DNA of 64,000 nt from Octopus bimaculoides. Its lineage: Eukaryota. The notes below the pieces were generated by a model. The model saw nothing but the letters and a program-made list of their open reading frames with translations. It did not search any database and was not told the origin of the DNA. A program made the translations under genes and the position numbers. The stretch's first letter is position 1; every line of letters begins with the position of its first letter. Shown piece by piece: positions 12,649-24,045 of the stretch. The stretch covers positions 1,511,997-1,575,996 of the forward strand of contig NC_068986.1 in assembly GCF_001194135.2 (NCBI RefSeq), in the 5' to 3' direction.

Positions 12649-13122
12649 AAAGTGGACAGAAAAAAACAAAAAAATATAAAAAGAAATCCCCTCCCCACCC
12701 CTAATACCTTTATAACATGCACTGTATCCTAATCCTTTGACATTACCAATTCTTCAAACAACATTAGCTTCCTATATTACGATTGTTAGAATAAAAACAA
12801 AAAAAAAAGAAATATTATTATTACACAGTGTATAAGAATAATACAATTTTATTGTTAGAATATCCAGTGTGATATTGTTGAGAGTCATGAAGTTTTGATA
12901 TCACATAAAAATCCTGTTGACTGGTTCAGCTTTAATGTGTATAACATGAAGTTATAGCAGAGTGTGTATAAAATTATAGTCCGTATCAAAATCAATAACC
13001 TCAGCTTTTCACTCTGATGCTTGTTTCTTAAAACCTGTATAAGCTCTGCCCTCGATTTTCAGTGGATGATGATGATGATGATGATGGTGATGGTGGTGGT
13101 GGTGGTGGTGGTGATGACAATG

Positions 13123-13154
<32 letters not shown>

Positions 13155-13155
<1 letters not shown>

Positions 13156-13282
13156 CACTTCTTGGAACCTCTCTAATACTCCGGAAGGTGCTCGAAAAAT
13201 AAGAGGTGTTACCTTAGTTCACTGGTAGTGAACAGCTGACACCGTAGTACATCTCCAGCATCAGAAGCTGCGCAAAGGCAAT
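13155..13282 (+). mobile_element. Very short R4/Dong-type 3' end in an (AAT)n tract
   Basis: 13155-13202 = ALLGTSLILRKVLEK*; short unique 3' UTR; (AAT)n on both sides. Confidence 0.65.
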
Positions 13283-13296
13283 ATAATAATAATAAT

Positions 13297-13329
<33 letters not shown>

Positions 13330-13538
13330 CCTTTGTATTATAGGCACGAGGCCTGAAATTTTGGGGGAGGGGGTTAGATGCTTACATTGCCCCAAGTGCA
13401 TAACTGGTACTTATTTCACTGACTCTGAAAGGATGGAAGGTAAAATTGACCTCAGCAGAATTTAAATTCAGAACATAAAGACGGATGCCGCTAAGCATTT
13501 TGCCTGGTGGTATTAGTGGTTCTGCCAGCGCGCTGCCT
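13330..13538 (-). mobile_element. Family-B SINE
   Basis: Similarity to other family-B copies; (AAT)n tail to its left. Confidence 0.8.
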
Positions 13539-13539
13539 C

Positions 13540-13594
<55 letters not shown>

Positions 13595-14701
13595 TGATAA
13601 TAATAAACCAATCCTCTGCCCTGGGTTAGTACTTTTTTTTTTATAGATTCTGAAAAGATGAAATAAAAATAGACTTCAGTGGGGTTTGAACTTGGAGTCG
13701 ATATAAACATTGTGAGGCATTTTCCCTGACACTTTAATCACTTAAACCAATTTGCCATCATTGTCACCGTCACCGCCACCACCACCATTTGACACCCATT
13801 TTTACCATGCTTGCATGGATCTGATCGAAATATTTTAGTAAATTTTTTTTAGAGCTGGATGCCCTCCCAGTTATAAGTCTATCACAATATCAATGTCATT
13901 TATACAACATCTGTCGGTATGTATTGGTAGCATCAGTAAATTCTCTTGTGAACAATAGTTATATCAGACATTAAATTTTTATTGAGAAATCCAAAGTTTG
14001 GATTTATGATTAAGTGAACCTGAAAAATGTTCACAGATATAAATGATAAGCAAGATGAGGAATGCAAGCTCAACTACCTCAGTAGGTGTGTTTAACATAG
14101 AGCCTCATCCAAAAGGACAGGATAAAAGAAAATAACTCAAAATACTTGGGTGTTAATGGAAATATATATATGAGGGCACATGGTCTATTGGTTAGGGTGT
14201 TGCACTCACGATCACAAGATCTTGGTTTCAATTCCTGGACTGGGTGGTGCATTGGGTTCTTGAACAAAACACCTTGTCTCACATTGCTCAGTGATTACTT
14301 TGACACCTGACATATGGTACACTGTATAGCACATACATTTGATCACTATAAACATATTATTTGTGTAGGTTGTTGAGTAAAAAATTCCAGAGCCATCTTT
14401 CTATGAGAAACTGTAATCATATAACTTCGTTAACCCCTCACTTTTATAAATTTCTTTTTCTGTAAATATATTTGTGAATAAAAATCTCACAAGGAGTTTT
14501 TTTGTACTGTAGTATGTGTCTCAGTGTTTAGAATAGTTACACTATGTCCTTGCATTTCATAAGAGACAACTACAGGAATTGATGACAGGAAGGGTGTCTA
14601 GCTGTGAAATATTGCTTCAGGAAAACCACCCAACCCATGGAAAAGTAACAGTAAAATAAAAATGCTGCTGTGATGGTGCTGTTATTGTTGATGATGTGAT
14701 G

Positions 14702-14733
<32 letters not shown>

Positions 14734-14789
14734 GACGATGGTAATGAGGACAAGAATAACGATGATGACAATGACGAATCTTATTAAAT

Positions 14790-15060
14790 GTTTTGAGAAA
14801 TCCGAAAGAAATCTTAAATTCTCAGCTACTCAGAGGAAGCAGGTGGCAGAATGCTTTCATCAACCAACTATTGAATGTTTGAATTCCATTGTTCAACAGG
14901 AGTCCTACTGTGGCTTCCAGGTGATTGTTGTACATTCTGATTACTGAACACAGGAAACTGCTATCAAGTGTGTACGACTTGGTTATCGGGCATGGAACTG
15001 TTGGATCTCCTGTATGGAATATTGTCCACCAAGCTGTAATGACAACACAGCTCTGATGTG
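14790..15060 (+). mobile_element. Degenerate RTE-type RT fragment
   Basis: LNSIVQQESYCGFQ (cf. LPESQCGFR) followed by a frameshifted KxYDLV...CPP-like segment. Confidence 0.4.
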
Positions 15061-15608
15061 CAGCCATCAACCTTCCTCATCATGATCATCAACATCAGCA
15101 ACAGCAGTAGCAGCACCACCACCATTATTGTCATCAGTCTTCATCATCATCATTGTCGCTATCATCATCATCATCATCATTTGCTGCTGATTAATACTGT
15201 AGTAACCTTAAGCTTCTTTATGTGTGACGATAGTGAGAGATTATCTCTAGATCTTTCTACACAAGTTTTAGATCAACAAATTGTCATGCATTTCAAGGCC
15301 TGAAAATTTCTAATAATCAACAACTGTGTTATGTATTTATGCATTTCAAAGTTGTGATGACAAAAACAACATATTATGGAAGGACCAAGCTGGGAGAGTA
15401 TGTAACAACCAAACATAATGCTGCCGGTTCACATCACTCTGCTTGAATTACAATATGTCCACAGCCAACACACTCAACCCTTTTTCCTGTTCAAATCTTT
15501 TTGATAAGTTTGTCTTAAACATCCATGCTTGGCATTTGGTTTTTTGGGTGAGCCCTTATTTCATACATCCTGAATGGTTCAAAGTTTTCCTTTCATAAAT
15601 TTTTTTTT

Positions 15609-15985
15609 TTTACTTGTTTCAATCATTTGACTGTGGCCATACTGGAGCACTGCCTTTAATTGAGCAAATCAACCCCAGGACTTATTCTTTGGATGCCTAG
15701 TACTTATTCTATCAGTCTCTTATGCCGAACCGCTAAGTTACGGGGATGTAAACACACCAGCACCGGTTGTCAAGCGATGTTGGGGAGACAAACACAGACA
15801 CACACACATATATATATATATACATATACACGACGGGCTTCTTTCAGTTTCCGTCTACCAAATCCACTCACAAGGCTTTGGTCGGCTCAAGGCTATAGCA
15901 GAAGACACTTGCCCAAGGTGCTATGCAGTGGGACTGAACCCGGAACCATGTGGTTGGTAAGCAAGCTACTTACCACACAGCCACT
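15609..15985 (-). mobile_element. Family-C SINE, near-intact (CpGs retained)
   Basis: Full head to tail; further copies at 21885-22100, 35080-35375, 42893-43290, 44050-44290, 46255-46460, 47625-47795 and 55558-55966. Confidence 0.9.
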
Positions 15986-16009
15986 TCTGCACCTATGGTT
16001 ATAAAATAT

Positions 16010-16470
16010 TGATTCAAATTTTGGCACAAGGCCAGCAAATTCAAGGGAGGAGCTAAGTTGATTAAATCAACCCCAATGCTCAGCTGGCAGATATTTTAGC
16101 AGCCCCCCCCCCAAAGAATGAAAGGCATTTAAACCCAGAATGTAAAGAAAGAAGATTCCACTCAGCATTTTTCTTGCCTACCAATGATTCTGCCGGCTTG
16201 CTGCCTTCCATGGTTAAAAAAATATTGGTAACATGTATCATAAACAATACCTGAAAGGTAGCGAGCTGGTACATTTGTTAGCAAGCTGGGCAAAATGCTT
16301 TGTGGTATTTTGTCAGACTTTATGTACTGGGTTCAAACTCCACTAAGGATGACTTTGTCTTTCATCTTTCTGGGGTCAATAAGAATAAGTACAAGTTGAA
16401 CACTGGGGCAATGTAATTGGTTTAACCCTTCCTTCCATATTGCTGGCCTTGTGCCAAAATTTGAAACCAA
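16010..16470. mobile_element. Head-to-head pair of family-B SINEs (- at 16010-16205, + at 16280-16470)
   Basis: Opposite-orientation homologs about 75 bp apart. Confidence 0.75.
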
Positions 16471-16963
16471 CATGGATTATGTATGATGTATGGACACCAG
16501 AGAAATATGTCCTGTGTATTACACATGACATACACACACACAGGACAGGCAAAGGGTTAATACTTTAGTCAAATTTTAGCCAAGGTAGGTGTCATAGATA
16601 AAGCTATTCCAAGCTGTCAGCAGAGGTAATATTGTGATGGAATAATTGATGATTGATAATTGATTAGTATGTTTATAGTGTCAAGCTTAATTCTTCTCAT
16701 GGGAAAGCTGTCTATGGTAAACTAGTAACCTAGACAAAAGGAGATTTGTCCCTTGTTTACGAAATACTAAGGAAACCAAAGATTAAATACTAACGTAAGG
16801 ATCATTTTTGTTCTACATTTTATTTTCGGATGATTGAAAAATCAGAGTCTTGAGTGCAACAAAAATGTTGAATATACAAATAACAACAGTATCAACAATG
16901 ACAAAACAATGAAGTATGACCAAGCTACTTCAAAATGATTAGGAAAAAATTTAAGATACTTAC

Positions 16964-17160
16964 AAAATATATGGGATGGCTAAAAGACTTGGTAAACTGA
17001 TAGCCATCTGAAGATGGCGCCAATTTCTCAGAAGATAACCGAGGCCAGCCAAAGCCATAACAACTGTTCCAATCACAATTGCAACAAAGATACCAGCTCG
17101 AGCTCTGTACTTTGTTAGATACAGTTCCATTGTCATCACGAATGTAGTTGTTTGAAGACC
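16964..17160 (-). CDS. SLC22: SLC22 coding exon 3 (GLQTTTFVMTMELYLTKYRARAG...LRNWRHLQMAISLPSLLAIPYI, 197 nt)
   Basis: Not in ORF track; translated by hand. Acceptor ctttgtctag|GGT; donor TT|GTAAGT; phase 2 joins exon 4 as TT|C (Phe). Confidence 0.93.
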
Positions 17161-17293
17161 CTAGACAAAGTAGAGAAAAATCATTGTCCCATTACGACAG
17201 TATATGTCATTTCAAAGTTTGATTCCACATTGCTTTATGTATTTGCCATTAATAATAATAATGATAATAATAATGATTTTTTTTTCTACTAAA

Positions 17294-17346
<53 letters not shown>

Positions 17347-19238
17347 GTAAGATCCAGAGATCGAGGTGTAGGAAGAAAGTTAGCTTCAAGCAATCCATAG
17401 TAAATATAAGAAAACATCTTTCAGGGACAATAGTGGTTTATTGAGACAGAAGGTTGTGGATTTTTTGGTATCGAAGTACGATAAACTGAAAAAAAGTTAT
17501 TTTCATACTTCATGGTAGGCAACCCCGAATAAGTAAAATTCATGTCCCTGACCCTCTCCCTCTTCCAAACCCAACCATGCTCACCACTGGCTGTTCCCCC
17601 CCTCCCTCCATTCTCCCTCATGTGTCCACTGATTCCTCAAAAGGCATGTTGGAATTTAAAATGGTTACAGCAAGATATGAAGCCTTAAACATAGATTTAG
17701 CTAAATACAGTTTATGTTTATTCTATGGTGTTAGGCAATCAAAAACACAATATTATATAAATACAGGGATATAAAATATAAAATTAAGTAAATAACAAAA
17801 TGAAAATCATCATCAGACTTATAACTGATTTAATTTTGTTTTTCTTTCGTTGAAATAAAATTTTACAGCTAGCATTATTTAATGAGAACAAACAAGATCT
17901 ATTTCTACTGAATAGCAAAATGTCATTTCTGTCAGATATTAATCTTTCCTACTGGTAATTATAATGGTATAATTTTAAATATAATGAATTACTTAATAAA
18001 ATAAATAAAAACAAAAACAAACAAGCAGAGAAAAATTTTAATAAAAAGCAAACAAAAATAACGACAAGGAATATAAAAAAAGGAAAAGTAGAAAATTGTA
18101 AAATATCAAGTGAAATCAACCAGTTTGGTAAAGTTCACCTAAATGTCACCACAAAGTTTTGATTTGGTAACAATTAGAATCTCAAGTTTTTTTCACTACA
18201 ATCCATCAATTCATCTCATTGTCTGTGAAGCATGAACAAACAGTTTTGTATAACAAATGTTATCAGTCGATCTTTTGAAACGGCTGCACTTGAAAATGAT
18301 TGCAATATATAGTGTTCAATAGGAATTAGCAGGAATACAGGATGTTCACGAAATTGCCAGTATACGAGCAGAAAATAGAGACACAAATCTAAATGTCCAC
18401 TCTGCACTTGGCTGAATGAGAAAAGTTAGCTAAAGATTCAGACAAAAGGTGTTTTGTCTGAATCTTTTTGTTTCGATTTCCAGTTACTGAAGACAACCTC
18501 ATGAATTATGATGCAACTGTCAGAAACTGTGAGCCAAAATAGCAGCATTTTTATACCAACTGACTGATTGATTTATTTTCTATCAGAATTGGTGAACAAT
18601 AATGTCATTGATTACAGGTTTCCAAGGAGCTAGTCACTGGTCCACTGCATACCTGACAGTGAGAACGACAAGGGAATGACTGCAATTTGGTTCACAACAA
18701 ATAGTGCCAAGGGATTTCATGGCAATGTTTACATTCTTCGCCAATTGACATCAACAAAAGATGTACACACATATATATATATATATATATACATATGTTA
18801 TGTGATTCACAAAATAATCCCAGCACAAAAATAACAACACACACACAAAGAAGGTTCTTTGTTATGGCTGGTCAGAGAGTGACCGTTGATTTTGCACCTA
18901 TAAAGCACTCAGCTGTGTGGATGACTGCATAGATGACTTGTCAGACTCAAATGGCTGGCGGCATAAAAACCCCGGCAAGTTGCCTATGTGGCTAAGGGGC
19001 ATGAAAGCTTGACATCACATGCTGATTGTAAATAAGGATCACTGTCACACAAATGAGATTGTTCATTTCTAGTCATCTGTGAAAAACATGCCTGGCTTTG
19101 TGGAGAAACTACTTTACTTGGAAACAAGTGAAGGTTGGTAACAGGAAGGGAATCTGGACATAGAAAATGTATCTCGGTAAATTCTCTTTGACCCATGCAA
19201 GCATGGAGAAATGGACAGTCAGGTGATGATGATTATAG

Positions 19239-19276
<38 letters not shown>

Positions 19277-20137
19277 GCATATAAATTGCACATATTTTAA
19301 GTAGCCTAAAGTTAATTTATATTTAGTTTATATATATACTTTAANNNNNNNNNNNNNNNNNNNNNNNNNNNNNNNNNNNNNNNNNNNNNNNNNNNNNNNN
19401 NNNNNNNNNNNNNNNNNNNNNNNNNNNNNNNNNNNNNNNNAAAAATTTTTACAATGTTGGAGTGTGTTAAACATTAAAAATAATATTTTGTAATGCTCAT
19501 AAACTTCAATTAGTGCTTTCATATATTCGTAGTAATCATTAAATTTCAAAATGTATTTAACTGACAGTTGAGTTGAGTGCTTGACAACTGTAGTAAAATG
19601 ACTGACTTCTTCCTTTCTATACCTTTTAGAAGGCTCCAACAAGCTGAATTTTTCAAATACGGATTTCACCAATCAGCATGCAGCTTAAAAGTCATGGTTT
19701 GCTGGGTGCACCAATATTACTGGCATAGATCCTACTTTTATTTTAACCAATCAGCTTGCTGAAGGGAGTCAAAAGACTAGGTGATGTTAAATTGAGTGAC
19801 TGATTAAAGTCTACCATACAAGACCAGGAATGTTTCCTCTGACAGACTTCCACATAATTTCTTTTAACCAAATTTCACTCATGAGACATTAGTCAATCTG
19901 AGGTTACAGCTGAAGACAAGTTCCATATAGTGATATCAAACCCAAAACAACGTGACTGTGAAGAAGACTTTTTAATCATACAGATCTTGCCCGTACTTGT
20001 CAAATTTAAACATCGTTAAAATGAGTGGAAAATATAAAAGAATTTTTTTGTTTTGGAAATAAATATATTGAGAAAAGTATAATTGTTTTTGAATATAAAT
20101 ACGAAATATAATTTTAGAAAAGAACCAGAAATCTTAC

Positions 20138-20368
20138 CTGGATACAAATTCCTGTTAAAAAACGTAGAACTGAAAAGATTTCATAGTGTTGGACATGAGC
20201 TGCAATTGTTCCAAGAACAATGGGAATATAAAGGCAAATTAACATCACAGGCTTTCTACCAAATTTATCAGCCAAGAAACCAAAAAGGAGACCACCAATC
20301 ATGACTCCAAGAAAATAAATGGTTACCACCAGTGAACTCATATAGGAACGGTTACATATTAGATCCCA
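20138..20368 (-). CDS. SLC22: SLC22 coding exon 2 (77 aa, WDLICNRS...LRFLTGICIQ)
   Basis: Acceptor tttcag|TGG at 20369/20368; donor CAG|GTAAGA at 20138/20137; WDLIC and MFS motif A (ADKFGRK). Confidence 0.95.
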
Positions 20369-21835
20369 CTGAAATAAAAGACAAGAGAAAAGAGAAGATA
20401 ATATTAAATTCATAAATGCATAAAGAGATGCAAACATGTAGATAAATTTACCATATTTACTGATATGTATAATATCAGATATTTAATATAAGATATTAAA
20501 GTTAAGAATGGGTTTAGTTTTATACTTGAGTGGAAAGGAAAAGAAGAGGAAAATCCACATTACTGATTTTAAGAACAAAAATGGGTGCCAACTGAGATTT
20601 TCCTGTACAATCTCAAATATAAATACAGTATATATATGTATGTGTGTGCATAAATATATAATAAATACAGAATATGTGTGCTTGTGCATTTTATTCAAAA
20701 AGAAAAGTCGAATTACTAACTGCCTCCAATTTGATGTTGCATGTTTGAAGAAATTTCTGCTTTTCTGTTTTTTAACTAAAACATGGTCAAAGCAAGGATA
20801 AAGTAATCTACAGGGACCATTCAAAAGAATAAATATAAATATATCTCTAAATAAATCTTTAATATTTTGATAGTTATTAAACATTTAAATCAACTCTTTC
20901 CCTTCATTAACACACATCTGTCACAACACTGTTGTGTTTAGGTTTATCAAAATAAACCACTGTGAAAGGTCTCTCTTATGTGAAAAACTATAACTTAGCA
21001 GTTCAGTAAATAGAGTTTGATAAAACAAGCACCAGACTGAAGAAAGTACTGAAATCAATATGATTAGCTTAAATACTTGAAGGCGGTGCCACAGGATGAC
21101 CAAAGTCCAATGAGTGAACCATTAAAAGAAGAAAAAATAATGCTGATGACTGTACAAAACACATTATGCATATCTCTAGGCTTCAAAAGACAAATCAGTG
21201 GCAAAAAGATTGAAAATAATCAATATAGATTACAGTCTACTTGTATTGAACTTGACAATATGGTATTTGATGTTTGGTACCAGCTGTTTCTTTCTAACAT
21301 AAGTACAAGTCCTCAATTTTAGGGAGGAATATGGTTACTGTAGTCATTATCATCTAGCTATCAGAATAAATATGTTCAAAATATATCTGCATCATCCACC
21401 ACAAGGTCTGGTCCTTGTCGAGGTGAGGTGTCTTCAGTGCCTTAATGACTCCGAAAGCTATGCTAGGAGAGCACAAGGTCCTGGTAGGACCTCTCTTACT
21501 GCACAAGGCAAAGGATAAAGGGTTAAATAAATAAATAAATAAATAAATATTATTAGTGTTCATCAACCTAATACAATGTACTTCGTTCTGTTTATTGCGA
21601 GATGTTATTACTTTCTATCTGACAGAAGTGTTCATGGAGTCATAAACAGCAATCAATGAACTGAGTTATGAAATGAAGCAAGAATAATTGTGCCTCAGAG
21701 ACACTGGGAAACCCAATAGCGGAAGTGAGTATTTATGAACTCATGACAGCTGAAACATCAGGAGGTGGTCAGGATGTTTAATGAACTCAACAATCACAGC
21801 TAAAGAGAAATGAATAATGTCTATATCATCACACC

Positions 21836-21866
<31 letters not shown>

Positions 21867-22114
21867 CCACCACCACCGTGTCTATGTTTGTCTCCACCAC
21901 CCACCACCCACCACCACCATCACTTGACAGCTGATGTTGGTGTGTTTACGTCTCCGTAACTTAACGGTTTGGCAAAAGAGACCGATAGAATAAGTACTAA
22001 GCTTACAAAGAACAAGCCTGGGGTCAATTTTTTCAACTAAAAAACCCTTTAAGGCAGTACTCCAGCATGGCCACAGTCAAATGACTGAAACAAGTAAAAG
22101 AATGGTTCTGCCAG

Positions 22115-22440
22115 TTTAGCACTTTAGTAATAAGAATAACGGTTTCAAACCTCAGCACAGAGCGAGTTCTGAGGGGGGGGGGGGCAAACTCTATTACATT
22201 GACTCCAGGAAGGCAGTGAGACGCTGGTAGAATCATTACATCATTACATGCCAAACAAAATGCTTAGCAGCATTTCGTCCGTCTTCACATTCTGAGTTCA
22301 AATTCCACCAAAGTTGACTTTGCCTTTCATCTTTTCGGGGTAGGAAAATAAGTACCAGTTGAGCACTGGAGTTGATGTAATCAACTGAGCCTCCTCTCCC
22401 CAAACTTACTGGCCTTCTACCAAAATTTGAAACCAATATT
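22115..22440. mobile_element. Family-B SINE (+, 22227-22440) with an adjacent inverted tail fragment
   Basis: Similarity to 48666-48882. Confidence 0.75.
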
Positions 22441-22687
22441 TGAACACAGAATGCAAAAAGCAAGAAATATTGCCAGGTATTTTGACCAACTCAGTAACAA
22501 TTCTGTCAGATCACGCATATGTGTTTTCCGATGCTAGCATAAAATGGCTAGATTTGTAAACACAGCATTCTTCAACCTTCATCATTTTTTAAACTTCTAC
22601 TCTTTTCTGCTGTTAATGCAGGCTGTGTCAAACAAACAAATACATGTGGAGTACTTTGGAAGGGAAATGTTTAAAGAGCTCACTGAC

Positions 22688-23137
22688 CTCTGCTATTATT
22701 GTCCATTCATTGTCCACTGGTTCAAACTGCCACCCAACATCACAAGTAGTGCTGTAATTGGCTCCTGTTGACTCGTTAATCACTTTCAGCAAACACTCAT
22801 CTCCATATTGTTCACCGGGAGTGACCAGGTTCATATATTTGGTGCCAGTGCTGTTGAGAGTTAAACTGCCTCCTCCTCCTCCTCCTCCCCCAGTTCCATC
22901 GCCTCCTCCTCCATCGTCACTAATACTGGTACTGCTGTAGTTGGTGTTATAAGTCATAGCCATTTCAGCAGCAATGGTCGACTTGCACCGGTAAGGTGTC
23001 TGTAATAAGTAGAATGTATTCACAATGTTGTTGAAGAAAATAGGGAACATGTTGAGCCCTAGAAACAGGCTAAGCAGCAGTTGGAATCGACCTGGGTCGC
23101 CGAGCCGTGCTATGAGGTGATCAATTTTTGTAGTCAT
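22688..23137 (-). CDS. SLC22: SLC22 coding exon 1 (150 aa: TM1 and large extracellular loop, MTTKIDHL...EWTIIAE)
   Basis: ATG at 23137; donor GAG|GTCAGT at 22688/22687; acceptor ttttgttacag 21 nt upstream of the ATG (exon starts 23158). Confidence 0.95.
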
Positions 23138-24031
23138 CTTCGTCTGTCACTTGCTTCTCTGTAACAAAAAAAATAAAGAATAAAAAATACAGGTTTCATT
23201 TTAAGATCATGCATTTTAATTTTTAAAATTAAAAAGCAAAATAAGTTTGGGGAAAGAAAAAAAACAATCATTTCAATTTCTTTGAAACAAAATAATATAT
23301 GGAAAAAAAGAGTTATAATATTTCAAGACAATTTACAGGGAGGAATCATTAATTACATTATGCTAAACTTCAAAGTAGCAGCTTACAACCCAGGGTGAGA
23401 GGGGGGAGGGGACTGCATCTTGCTAGATAACATGGTGGGTGAGACATAGAGGGTAAGTATACATTTTATTAAAATCACATTGGAAATTGAAATAAGCTAG
23501 CTCTTAAAAATAAATTTATTCTGTTAAGCACATGAAGGACGACTTTATTTGGATTTTTTCTGTTTGGTTGTACTTTTTTAAATTTTTAAATTAAGTGAAA
23601 ATTTTCAAATTTGGGGCATTGATGTAATTTTTCAAGCTGAATCTCAGGGCCTAATTCATTTGTTCCAGAAAAATATTTAAAAGAAATTACAGAGGTTTAA
23701 AGTTTGATGATTTTTACCAAATCAGAAAACAGGATTTGGAAGCTATCATTTTGTGTGTGACTGCAATCGTAAGACAACAAAACCATAAAGTCAACAACAT
23801 TGTGATGATAGTATTTGTGTTTTAAGCATTTAATAAGTGAAAAATGATCCCAAAATTAGTAAATAACACATATTTTGTAGTCTTAAACATTCAAGAGGTG
23901 GGTATTGAAAATGCAATGTAAGATATAAAAAAAAAAACAGCAACAGATGGGTACAAACAGGAAAACATAGTGTAAAATATCAGTTTGTAAACAAATGGTT
24001 TTTCACAAACAAGAGTTCCAACGCTTAGCTT

Positions 24032-24045
24032 GTTACTATGGAAAC
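24032..24045. promoter_or_regulatory. RFX X-box-like motif GTTACTATGGAAAC
   Basis: One base from the reverse complement of the 12635 motif; about 0.9 kb upstream of the SLC22 ATG. Confidence 0.3.

Larger units (their letters stand above)
143..23158 (-). other. SLC22: SLC22-family transporter gene span (5'-partial UTR, 3'-truncated by window edge)
   Basis: Six exons join in frame (450+231+197+237+135+86 = 1336 nt, 445 codons + 1 nt) with GT-AG boundaries and matching phases 0,0,2,2,2. SLC22 motifs: GDPGRFQ, four loop cysteines, TIIAEWDLIC, ADKFGRK, MELY, NWRHLQ, IPESLRWL, YYG, GNKYLN. Specific ortholog not assignable. Confidence 0.95.

Noticed and set aside
18216-18407. 63-aa minus-strand ORF in intron 2
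   Set aside because: Exon 2 to exon 3 already joins in frame; no recognisable motif.
19669-19755. Two CCAATCAGC boxes 78 bp apart in intron 2
   Set aside because: No other promoter evidence; may belong to an unrecognised repeat.
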